From Nanobdellota archaeon (lineage in GTDB: Archaea > Nanobdellota > Nanobdellia > Pacearchaeales > GW2011-AR1), in assembly GCA_038045185.1 (NCBI GenBank), contig JBBSYO010000022.1:164-64163 (forward strand): a stretch of DNA of 64,000 bases, given 5' to 3'. A model generated the notes under the pieces. That model was not told where the DNA came from and did no database searches. It saw only the letters and a program-made list of their open reading frames with translations. Below are positions 40,675-48,862 of the stretch, one piece after another. A program made the position numbers and the translations under genes. The first letter of the stretch is position 1, and each line of letters begins with the position of its first letter.

Positions 40675-41212
40675 TTGTCAAGAATCAAAAACACGATGCG
40701 CCACCACACCTTAAAACGTCAGGAATCATGGATTCCTGAGCGCCTCGAAATTCAAAGAATTTCTCAGCCTCAAGAACTACGGTTCTTGATGGCCATCAAA
40801 GATTAAAAATCTTTGAGGGGTGTGGTTTGAAAAGGCGCTCGTGTCATCAAGGACTTGTGTCCTTGAATGCCATCAAGAATGTAAATTTCCAACATTCTTG
40901 AGGTTTGGATGCTCAAGAAGCGACCACACCATAAATGGTGTGGTTTTAGTCAAGCTTCTTGACATCAAAAAGTCCTTGGGTTTTTTTGTGTTGGACTCAT
41001 CAAGAACTTGGTTCTTGACATTATAAATTCTTGATGATTCAATTGCAAGAGAAATATTTTATGGATTTCTCTGCACAGAGAATTACCATTGTCAGCAATT
41101 CTCTTGTGTCAGAATTCTTGGTGTCTTGAACATGTCGGAAATCTTCGATTTCTGAGTACTCTCAGGAATTTCATTCCTGAAGCTGTCAGAATTCGACGAG
41201 TGGAATTCTGAA
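40675..41212. repeat. intergenic hairpin array D (largest; nested TCA..TGA and TAAA-loop hairpins)
   Basis: about a dozen TCA/TCG..TGA hairpins, e.g. tcaggaatc/gattcctga, tcaagaac/gttcttga, tcaaagat/atctttga, tcaaggac/gtccttga, tcaagaatgt/acattcttga, tcagaattc/gaattctga; accacacca-taaa-tggtgtggt 40923-44. Confidence 0.9.
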
Positions 41213-41308
41213 GTTTAAAAGCGTTTAAATTGGTTCAATAAAGAGAGCCATAAGAAAAATTTGGTCAAGCCAAGATAGATTTTTAAACAAGAAAGTTTTT
41301 GATTAATT

Positions 41309-42055
41309 ATGTTAAGGCAAATTCAGAAGAGTGTATATCTATTCTTAGCAAAATACAAGATTTTCTATCCCCTGCTCTTTAGAATATTAATAAAGAAAGG
41401 CTACTTAGAAGAAGATTTTGACAAAATAATAAAGAGATATTCAAATAAAAATAAAAATTTATTTTTCATTCAGATAGGGGCTAATGACGGAATGAAATTT
41501 GATCCAACTTACTTATACGCAAAAAAATATAGGTGGAAAGGCATTTTAGTAGAGCCCGTTGATTATGTATTTGGAAAACTCAAAAATAATTACAGAGGAT
41601 TTAATGGCTTAATTTTTGAAAATGTAGCAATAGGAGAAAAAAATGGCTTCAAAAAATTCTATATGTTAAAAAAGAGCGAGGGGGAAGATATTCCGTTATG
41701 GTATGATGAAATAGGCTCATTTTTTAAAGAAAATGTTATTAAACATAGAGACAGAATTAAGGATTTGGATAAAAGATTGATAACTAAAAAGATAAAAGTT
41801 CTAACTCTTAAATCCTTGCTTGGAAGGCATAAAGTTAACAGAATAGACTTCCTGCAGATTGATACGGAAGGATATGATTATCATATATTGAAACAGATTC
41901 CATTTGATAAAATAAAGCCGTCTATGATAGTTTTTGAAGATAGACATCTACCAAAAAATCAAAAAGAATATTGCCAAAGATTGTTAATTGATAACGGTTA
42001 TACCATTGTTCGCGGTTTAGATTGTTTTGCTTATCTCCGAAGTCGACAACCCTGA
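41309..42055 (+). CDS. FkbM family methyltransferase
   Basis: IQIGANDG, LVEP, LQIDTEGYD; visibly AT-rich. Confidence 0.9.
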   Translation: MLRQIQKSVYLFLAKYKIFYPLLFRILIKKGYLEEDFDKIIKRYSNKNKNLFFIQIGANDGMKFDPTYLYAKKYRWKGILVEPVDYVFGKLKNNYRGFNGLIFENVAIGEKNGFKKFYMLKKSEGEDIPLWYDEIGSFFKENVIKHRDRIKDLDKRLITKKIKVLTLKSLLGRHKVNRIDFLQIDTEGYDYHILKQIPFDKIKPSMIVFEDRHLPKNQKEYCQRLLIDNGYTIVRGLDCFAYLRSRQP

Positions 42056-42122
42056 AGCAAGTTTGGGATATTATAGTGGGGGCGCAAACTGATAAAATAT
42101 TCGCGTCCTTCGCTATATCTTT

Positions 42123-43814
42123 TTAGGCGGCCGACTTTATCAAAGCAGTCGGTTTGAATAACTTGCTGAAGAAGTTAGATATCTTGACTGCGCGGGGATG
42201 CTTGCTTCTCTTCAAGACATTTACTAAGAGATGTTTGAGTATTTGGGGGTTGATAAATATCGAATAAAATAACAGTTTGTAGATGAAGGGGTTTGTGAAT
42301 AACCTTTTTTGATTGCGTAGAACAACTAAGTCTAAATCTAAATAAGTAAAGAGAATGTGGTCGACATTTATTACAGGGATGCGCTTTATTTTTTTGGCTC
42401 GCACTAATGGCATGGTCAAGAACGCGACTTCATTTGGATTGAGGGGGAATTTTTTACCCCTGTACATCGAAGCGAATTTATCCATATTGTTGATAAAATA
42501 AGCTCTTTCGACCATATATTGTGATATATCGAGATTGTCATAAACATAGCTTTGGTCTGCCAGATAGTTATAAGCGTAATAAAGAGAAAGTGTTGCATAG
42601 TCTCCTACGAGTGAAGAATATAGGTAGGCATCGCAGACGGAGATGGGCTTTTTTATCAAGTCCATTGAGTATGTTTGGAAGCAATCCTTATAGGGAAGGA
42701 TTTCGTGGTGCTGGCTTGTGAAACCTACGTAGCGCGAGTTTCCCACTTTGTTTTTGATATAATCGGAGCCCTTGTCAAAATCAGATTCTTCAAGATAAAC
42801 TGGATGCTCATTCAGATTTTTTCTCGCAGTTGTGCTGTACAAAGGTCGTTTGTCTTTTTCGATGGACTTATAGGCATCGCCCAACAGCTTTTGGTTCGAA
42901 AACTTTTTTGTTACTTTTTGATAGGCTTTCTCTGCAATATTTTCCCGTTCTTTCTCATGTTTGAGATAATAATTGAGTTTATCATATAGCTCCTCTTCGT
43001 TCTTGAATGTCGCAAAGTCTACTCCTTCAGTGAACTTGGGAAAGTATCCCTCGACATATTCTGTCAGGGCAAATGATTTGCAGGCATTTACCGCCATTGA
43101 CCTTTCAAGAACGTGGGGTACGCTAAAAAAGTTTTGTGAGAAACAGAGATTAATTTTAGATTCGTTAATGAACTTGACAAATTCCTCGTCTGAGAGCTTG
43201 CCGATATAATGTTTTTTGAATTCTGGATAATCGTCCCATCCTGCCCCCGCGAGCGTGAAATTGACATTTTTCTTGAGAAGATATCTCATGTATTTCAATC
43301 GGTCGCCCTTAGGTGTGCCGACAAATACAACGTCATACTTTTTCTTGAGGTTCATAGGTCTAAATTTGACAATGTCCGCCCCCAGCACATCAAACCATGG
43401 GATGCCTGCTCCGTCGTATTGCTTGGTAAACTGAAGCTGGCTGATGAGCTGATAGTCTATTGCCAAAGAATAGGGAATTGTATAATGCTCGAACTTTATG
43501 TCGTCGTCTCCGTTCCAGTGAGTTACTCTTACTTCTGGAAGTATTTCTTTAATCTTGACAAGGGTTTCCGGATAAAACTCATCCCAGACTAAAAACAAAT
43601 GTATGTAATCTGGGCGTTCTTTTTTCAATACCTCTAGGAATTTTTGGTTCATCACTTTCTTGCCATATTTATACGTCTCTTCTTGTGGATCAAAATTAAT
43701 TACTTCCCTAAAAATATTTCTCAGGGGAATATTGTACGCCTGATTGATAATCCAATTGGGGTTGTTAATGGACCATGCGGCTAAAAGCATTTTTTTGTCT
43801 ATTTTTCTGGGCAT
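42123..43814 (-). CDS. CgeB/YqgM-like glycosyltransferase with C-terminal extension (start moved to 43814)
   Basis: W.GDD, DVVFVGT...R, SKINL, L..YLKHEKERE.IA. Confidence 0.78.
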   Translation of the reverse strand: MPRKIDKKMLLAAWSINNPNWIINQAYNIPLRNIFREVINFDPQEETYKYGKKVMNQKFLEVLKKERPDYIHLFLVWDEFYPETLVKIKEILPEVRVTHWNGDDDIKFEHYTIPYSLAIDYQLISQLQFTKQYDGAGIPWFDVLGADIVKFRPMNLKKKYDVVFVGTPKGDRLKYMRYLLKKNVNFTLAGAGWDDYPEFKKHYIGKLSDEEFVKFINESKINLCFSQNFFSVPHVLERSMAVNACKSFALTEYVEGYFPKFTEGVDFATFKNEEELYDKLNYYLKHEKERENIAEKAYQKVTKKFSNQKLLGDAYKSIEKDKRPLYSTTARKNLNEHPVYLEESDFDKGSDYIKNKVGNSRYVGFTSQHHEILPYKDCFQTYSMDLIKKPISVCDAYLYSSLVGDYATLSLYYAYNYLADQSYVYDNLDISQYMVERAYFINNMDKFASMYRGKKFPLNPNEVAFLTMPLVRAKKIKRIPVINVDHILFTYLDLDLVVLRNQKRLFTNPFIYKLLFYSIFINPQILKHLLVNVLKRSKHPRAVKISNFFSKLFKPTALIKSAA

Positions 43815-43853
43815 TGGGGAGGCATGAGGCTTCTGCTTAAAAACATTTGTTCG

Positions 43854-43964
43854 ATGCCCAGAGCTGTGTTGCATGATTCGATATAGTCTCGACGATAAAA
43901 AATTAAGCGAACATTTAGATTATCGACGATAAGGAGACAATCGTGCAACACAGCAATGCCCAGA
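43854..43964. mobile_element. MITE-like element with 16-bp TIRs and 8-9-bp target-site duplication
   Basis: gctgtgttgcatgatt 43863-78 / aatcgtgcaacacagc 43939-54 (one mismatch), flanked by atgcccaga at 43854-62 and 43956-64. Confidence 0.78.
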
Positions 43965-44000
43965 TAAAGCTTATAAATGCCCCCTAGCAGACGTTAGAGT

Positions 44001-45227
44001 ATGGTACGTAAGAAATGCTTGGTATGTGATTCGGAAGAATTAAAGCAGATTATTGATTTGGGAAGTCATCCGTTTGCAGATACATTCGTGCCTGAATCGC
44101 GACTGAACGAGCCCGACAGCATTTATCCGCTTGTTTGTGATTTGTGCATGCAATGCGGTCATGTGCAGACGCGATACGAAACAAATCCTATAGCGCGATA
44201 CTCACAGGTCGATTATTCGTACACTTCTTCCAATTCTAATTTCTCGCGCAAACACTGGGAAGATTATGCGAAAGAAGTTTCATCTGAAGTGAAAATCAAG
44301 CCCGACGCCTTGGTGGTGGAAATTGGTTCTAATGATGGTTATCTTGGCGAACAATTTACTAAATCAGGGCAGAAGGCAGTTGGAGTGGATCCTTCGCCTT
44401 ACATGGCTGAGTTGGCTAAACAAAGAGGCGTGGAAACAATTGTTGGTTTGTTTGGAAAGGGGTCTGCTCAAAAAATTCTTGCCCGATATGGACAAGCAGA
44501 TTTAGTAATTGCAAATAACGTGTTCAACCACGCTGACAACCCTGTTGAATTTACCAATGCCGTTGCAGATATTCTTAGCGTGGGAGGAAGTTTTGTATTT
44601 GAGCAGCCCTATTGGCTAATTGGTGTCGAGAGCGGGAAGTTTGACCAGATTTATCATGAGCATGTAAGCTATTTTACCGTGCGCTCTGCAGCCGCAGTAC
44701 TCGCGCGGGCGGGAATGGTACTCACATCTGCTAAAGTTGTTGATTATCACGGGGGGTCGTTGAGAATTATCGCGCAGAAGAAAGAGGACGCTCATGGAGT
44801 GTCTGAAGAGGCGCAAAAAAGGATACGGGAAGAAGAGGCGCGCGGGCTGTTTAAACTTGAAATTTACAAGCAGTTCATGCGGCGCAATCTCTTGCAACGA
44901 AGCAGATTTTTACAGAAAGTTCATCAGATAAAAGAGGCAGGAAACTCGATTATTGCTGTTGGTGCGGCGGCTAAGGGAAATACTTTTCTGAATTTCTACA
45001 AACTTGATGGCAGTTTAATTGATTACGTAACTGATTCTTCACCACATAAAAAAGGAAAGTACACGCCAGCTACGCGAATCCCGATAGTTGGGGATGAAAT
45101 ATTTTTAAAATATGGTAAAGTGTACGCGCTCATCCTTTCTTGGAACATAGCCCCTCAACTCAAAGAAACTTTATCCAAGTTCAATAAAAACATTGAATTT
45201 ATTTCTCCTGAGGTTGAGAAAATTTAA
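44001..45227 (+). CDS. NDP-sugar C-methyltransferase (TcaB9/TylC3-like)
   Basis: CxxC...CxxC Zn site, EIGSNDG, DQIYHEH, HGGSLR, GAAAKG. Confidence 0.9.
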   Translation: MVRKKCLVCDSEELKQIIDLGSHPFADTFVPESRLNEPDSIYPLVCDLCMQCGHVQTRYETNPIARYSQVDYSYTSSNSNFSRKHWEDYAKEVSSEVKIKPDALVVEIGSNDGYLGEQFTKSGQKAVGVDPSPYMAELAKQRGVETIVGLFGKGSAQKILARYGQADLVIANNVFNHADNPVEFTNAVADILSVGGSFVFEQPYWLIGVESGKFDQIYHEHVSYFTVRSAAAVLARAGMVLTSAKVVDYHGGSLRIIAQKKEDAHGVSEEAQKRIREEEARGLFKLEIYKQFMRRNLLQRSRFLQKVHQIKEAGNSIIAVGAAAKGNTFLNFYKLDGSLIDYVTDSSPHKKGKYTPATRIPIVGDEIFLKYGKVYALILSWNIAPQLKETLSKFNKNIEFISPEVEKI

Positions 45228-46342
45228 CCTTGTTGAGATGTTTTGTAATCTTGCAAACGAGCTGCAAGAAAGTCATCTGCTTCTCTGAAGTTTAGGGGGC
45301 TGAAAGCATAGTCTGCTTCTATGGCTGCAGGCAATCCGCGCTCACGTGCCGTTTTTATGCAGAGTTTGTAAGTTTTAACATCAGTCAAATCAGGACCTGT
45401 CCCGTCACCCCATCGTGCGCCCTCATGACTTCCTTTCGGAACTCGGATGCCAAGACCATCTGTAGGCGAAAAATGAAACGCTTTGGTATATGGCAAGTAA
45501 TCTCCTATCGCTCCAGCCTTAGCTGTAAATTCGTCCCAAGAACTTATGCCGAGAACAGCAAAGAGTGAATTAGGAGAGATTACATCTGCATTTCTTTTAA
45601 ATCGTGCTGGAATATTTTGCATAGCGGTTAAATGATTTAAATCCAATACAATATTGCCTTGGGAGATATCTTTTAGGCTTGCAAAATCCTGGAAGGCTTG
45701 ATAGTTCATTCCGAAATTAAGCGCAGAGTCTTTAGGATTCTTTTCCCAAAATCCTGCGTTTTCAAATACCGCAGAATATGTATTCTCCAGTGCAAGCTGC
45801 AACCCTCGTGATGAACCAAACTGATGCAACTGCGCAAATCTATCTTTTGCTGTATTGTAAAGTTGTTCTCTGCGCGCAACAAAATCCGGAACTGAATAAT
45901 ATGAAGGAAGCCTAAAATCGCCTTGTTTGAGTGAATCAACAACTAATAGACCCACATGGGGCGCTACAACGAGACTCCCGCTTGCGGTTGGGTCTAAATC
46001 CCTTAGAACGGCAACTTGCTCTAGTGTACGCTCTAAGTCTGACAATTTGTCTGGTCTGAAAGTTGGATTGTTGGGACTATATACAAGACTATTAGCTTGC
46101 TGAACGCCTGTTTCGACCAGTCGGATAGGTAATCTATGTTTAGCCTGATTTTCTCGTTGTTTGGCAAACGCCTCTGGCGTTCTGCTGCGACCTGGTAAAT
46201 AAAGAAGAAATGCTCCGACTTCAATAGGAACGCCGTGGGCATCCCCGACGACTTTTAAACGTTCCTGAGCTTGCTTAAATGCTGCAATTTCTTCATCTAC
46301 ATGCAACATGACTGGAAGCGTTATTTTGAGAGGTTGATTCAT
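45224..46342 (-). CDS. xylose-isomerase-like TIM-barrel protein (putative sugar isomerase/epimerase)
   Basis: LALEN, LDLNH, FHFS, AIE metal-ligand spacing. Confidence 0.55.
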   Translation of the reverse strand: MNQPLKITLPVMLHVDEEIAAFKQAQERLKVVGDAHGVPIEVGAFLLYLPGRSRTPEAFAKQRENQAKHRLPIRLVETGVQQANSLVYSPNNPTFRPDKLSDLERTLEQVAVLRDLDPTASGSLVVAPHVGLLVVDSLKQGDFRLPSYYSVPDFVARREQLYNTAKDRFAQLHQFGSSRGLQLALENTYSAVFENAGFWEKNPKDSALNFGMNYQAFQDFASLKDISQGNIVLDLNHLTAMQNIPARFKRNADVISPNSLFAVLGISSWDEFTAKAGAIGDYLPYTKAFHFSPTDGLGIRVPKGSHEGARWGDGTGPDLTDVKTYKLCIKTARERGLPAAIEADYAFSPLNFREADDFLAARLQDYKTSQQG

Positions 46343-46413
46343 ACAAAAAGCTAAGAGGGAGGATATTTAAATATATCCTTTTAGTTACTATTAAATTAAT
46401 ACGGCTCCAAAAT

Positions 46414-46839
46414 ATGATAAAGAAAATTTATTCTAAAATAAATCCGTCTGTGTTGTTACACATAGTGTACTCGCGTGAAACAGATAAAGAAACGATAACG
46501 GAAAAGAGAAGTCACGCGATTAGCGAGCCTGACCATTTCCTTCAGGCCATTGCTTTTGAAATGCCTGCGGGCGAGGCAAGCAAACCGCACGCGCACAACG
46601 CACAAAAGCGACAGACGGACATGACTCATGAAGCTCTGCTTGTTTTCAAGGGGTCTATTGAGCTTTCTGTATACGATACTGATAAAAGTTTTGTTGAGAA
46701 ACTTGTGCTAAACGAGGGGGACTGTTATGTAATTCTTAACGGAGGGCACTGCATTAAAGCTCTCACACCAGCAAAACTTTTTGAGTTCAAGAACGGACCA
46801 TATAACGGACCTGAAAAAGATAAGACTTGTTTTAGTTAA
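46414..46839 (+). CDS. cupin (WbuC-like)
   Basis: PHAH...E.LLV.KG, GGH, EFKNGPY. Confidence 0.7.
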   Translation: MIKKIYSKINPSVLLHIVYSRETDKETITEKRSHAISEPDHFLQAIAFEMPAGEASKPHAHNAQKRQTDMTHEALLVFKGSIELSVYDTDKSFVEKLVLNEGDCYVILNGGHCIKALTPAKLFEFKNGPYNGPEKDKTCFS

Positions 46840-46840
46840 T

Positions 46841-47380
46841 TCACTTGATAGCCTCCATCTCAATATGACAAGATCCTGTATGTTTGGGCATTAACTTATA
46901 CAAAAATATTTTTAACTTATTGCTTGCCCCATAAAAATAATTAAACTTATGATTTTTAAATTTGCCAAACAAATATTTTAAGTGACTTGCGACAAACACA
47001 GTGTAATGATGGTCTTCTGTTTCTCCTTCTTTTTGCTTATGTCCAAATGCTTCGGTAGCGTATTGAATATCGATAGCCCTGTTAGATTCATGTCTTTTCC
47101 AAAAATAAGTTAAAATAAATCCCGCATGGTCTGTTCTAAGCCATATCTTTCCTCCTTTTTTGAGAACCCTATAGCACTCATCTGAAAAAGTTCCTAAATT
47201 CTTAATATGTTCTAAGACAGATTTACAATAAATTTCATCAAAATAATTGTTTGGATAAGGCAGTTTTCCGTTAATGTCCGCTACTTCCGTTGTAGAAGAA
47301 GTTTTAAAAATATCTATCCTATGAGTGCCATAAGTATCATTTCCACAGCCAACATTTAATATTTTTTTTACTTTTTCCAT
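46841..47380 (-). CDS. class I SAM-dependent methyltransferase
   Basis: LNVGCG, LPY...FDEI....VLEH, LKKGG. Confidence 0.85.
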   Translation of the reverse strand: MEKVKKILNVGCGNDTYGTHRIDIFKTSSTTEVADINGKLPYPNNYFDEIYCKSVLEHIKNLGTFSDECYRVLKKGGKIWLRTDHAGFILTYFWKRHESNRAIDIQYATEAFGHKQKEGETEDHHYTVFVASHLKYLFGKFKNHKFNYFYGASNKLKIFLYKLMPKHTGSCHIEMEAIK

Positions 47381-47442
47381 ATTTAATATATGCATAATTG
47401 TGCAGACTTGCTATAAAAATATATCTGTCCTTTTATGCAGAT

Positions 47443-47664
47443 ATGGTTAGAAAGTCCATTATAAAAATTATTAAGGAAATTAAGGTGCTTTTGGAAAAAG
47501 AAAGAGAATTGTCCACTAGACAAATTTCTATTAAAACGCGTTCTCAATGGAGAACTGCAAATAAAGCTTTAGAAGTTCTTGTTTTTCTTGATGTAATAAA
47601 GAAAAGAAAAAATAAAGAAACGGATAGAGTTGAAATTTTATATTCTTTAAAGGATTGTAACTAA
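47443..47664 (+). CDS. small winged-HTH protein
   Basis: LSTRQIS.K....W.T..K.L..L..L pattern. Confidence 0.6.
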   Translation: MVRKSIIKIIKEIKVLLEKERELSTRQISIKTRSQWRTANKALEVLVFLDVIKKRKNKETDRVEILYSLKDCN

Positions 47665-47671
47665 AAAAACT

Positions 47672-48775
47672 TTAGTTAATTTTTACGCCGCGTTGTTTGA
47701 GGATTTCCTTGGCTTTCTCGATGTAGAATCCCTTGGGCTTGACTTCTCCATTTTTAATTGGGATGATTCCCTCAGATTCCAATTTCTCCTTGATATCAGC
47801 TTCGACCATCATTTCAGCTATCTCCTTAAATTTCACCTTGGATTCCCATTTAAGAATGTCTTTTGCCTTAGAATAGTCTCCCAATAATGCCGGAACTTCA
47901 GCAGGCCGTTTAAAACGGTCGTCAATGATAACATAATCTTCATAGTTTAGTCCGACTAATGAAAAAGCAAATTGTAAAAATTCGCGCACAGTATGAGTTT
48001 CATTGGTCGCAATAACGAAATCATCAGGATGTGAATGCTGCAATATGTGCCACATAGCTTGCACATACTCTGCGGAAAACCCCCAGTCGCGCTTGGCATC
48101 AAGATTGCCCATTTTAATTTTATTTATTTCGCCAACTACGATTCTGGCCAGTTCCATTGTAATCTTTCTTGTCACGAAATTATGACCTCGCCTTGGAGAT
48201 TCGTGATTGAAAAGAATTCCGTTCGAGGCGAAAATATTATAAGCGTTCCTGTACATTTTTACTAGATGAAACGCAGCCACCTTTGATATGCCATATGGGC
48301 TTTGTGGCTGAAATGGGGTGCTTTCATTTTGCGGGGGCGGAGAAATACCGAACATTTCAGAAGACGAGGCTTGATAAAATTTACATGGCAGGTTCATGTC
48401 CCTGACTGCGTCTAACAGTCGCAGGGTTCCGAGGGCGTTTATATCAAACGTAGAAAGCGGATTGTTAAAACTAATTCCTACGTGGCTCTGCGCACCTAAA
48501 TTATATATTTCGTCAGGCTTAACGAGTTCTAATATTGAACGCAAGCTTGGAGCATCGGTTAAGTCCGCGTAATAAAGTGCAAACTGCACTTCGGAATTTT
48601 GCATCATGTCAGAGTTATAAGTTTTATAAAGGTGGTCTATTCTGCGCGTGTGAAGCGTGGAAGAGCGGCGCATGATGCCTCTGACGAAATAACCTTTTTT
48701 TAGCAAAAATTCTGCCAAATATGAGCCGTCTTGCCCAGTTATTCCTGTGATGAGGGCGACTTTTTTATTTTCCAT
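47672..48775 (-). CDS. gmd: GDP-mannose 4,6-dehydratase
   Basis: ITGITGQDGSYLAE, AQSHV, QASSSE, FNHESPRRG..FVTRK. Confidence 0.97.
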   Translation of the reverse strand: MENKKVALITGITGQDGSYLAEFLLKKGYFVRGIMRRSSTLHTRRIDHLYKTYNSDMMQNSEVQFALYYADLTDAPSLRSILELVKPDEIYNLGAQSHVGISFNNPLSTFDINALGTLRLLDAVRDMNLPCKFYQASSSEMFGISPPPQNESTPFQPQSPYGISKVAAFHLVKMYRNAYNIFASNGILFNHESPRRGHNFVTRKITMELARIVVGEINKIKMGNLDAKRDWGFSAEYVQAMWHILQHSHPDDFVIATNETHTVREFLQFAFSLVGLNYEDYVIIDDRFKRPAEVPALLGDYSKAKDILKWESKVKFKEIAEMMVEADIKEKLESEGIIPIKNGEVKPKGFYIEKAKEILKQRGVKIN

Positions 48776-48862
48776 GAAACGTAACAAAAACCGCTCCATT
48801 TAAACCTTTTTATGCCAAGAGTGTTTATAAAACAAGGATACCTCCAGTCATATGTGGGCAGC

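Noticed and set aside
40675..41212. CRISPR array
   Set aside because: No identical direct repeats or regular spacer length; the variable parts are hairpin loops; no cas genes in the window.
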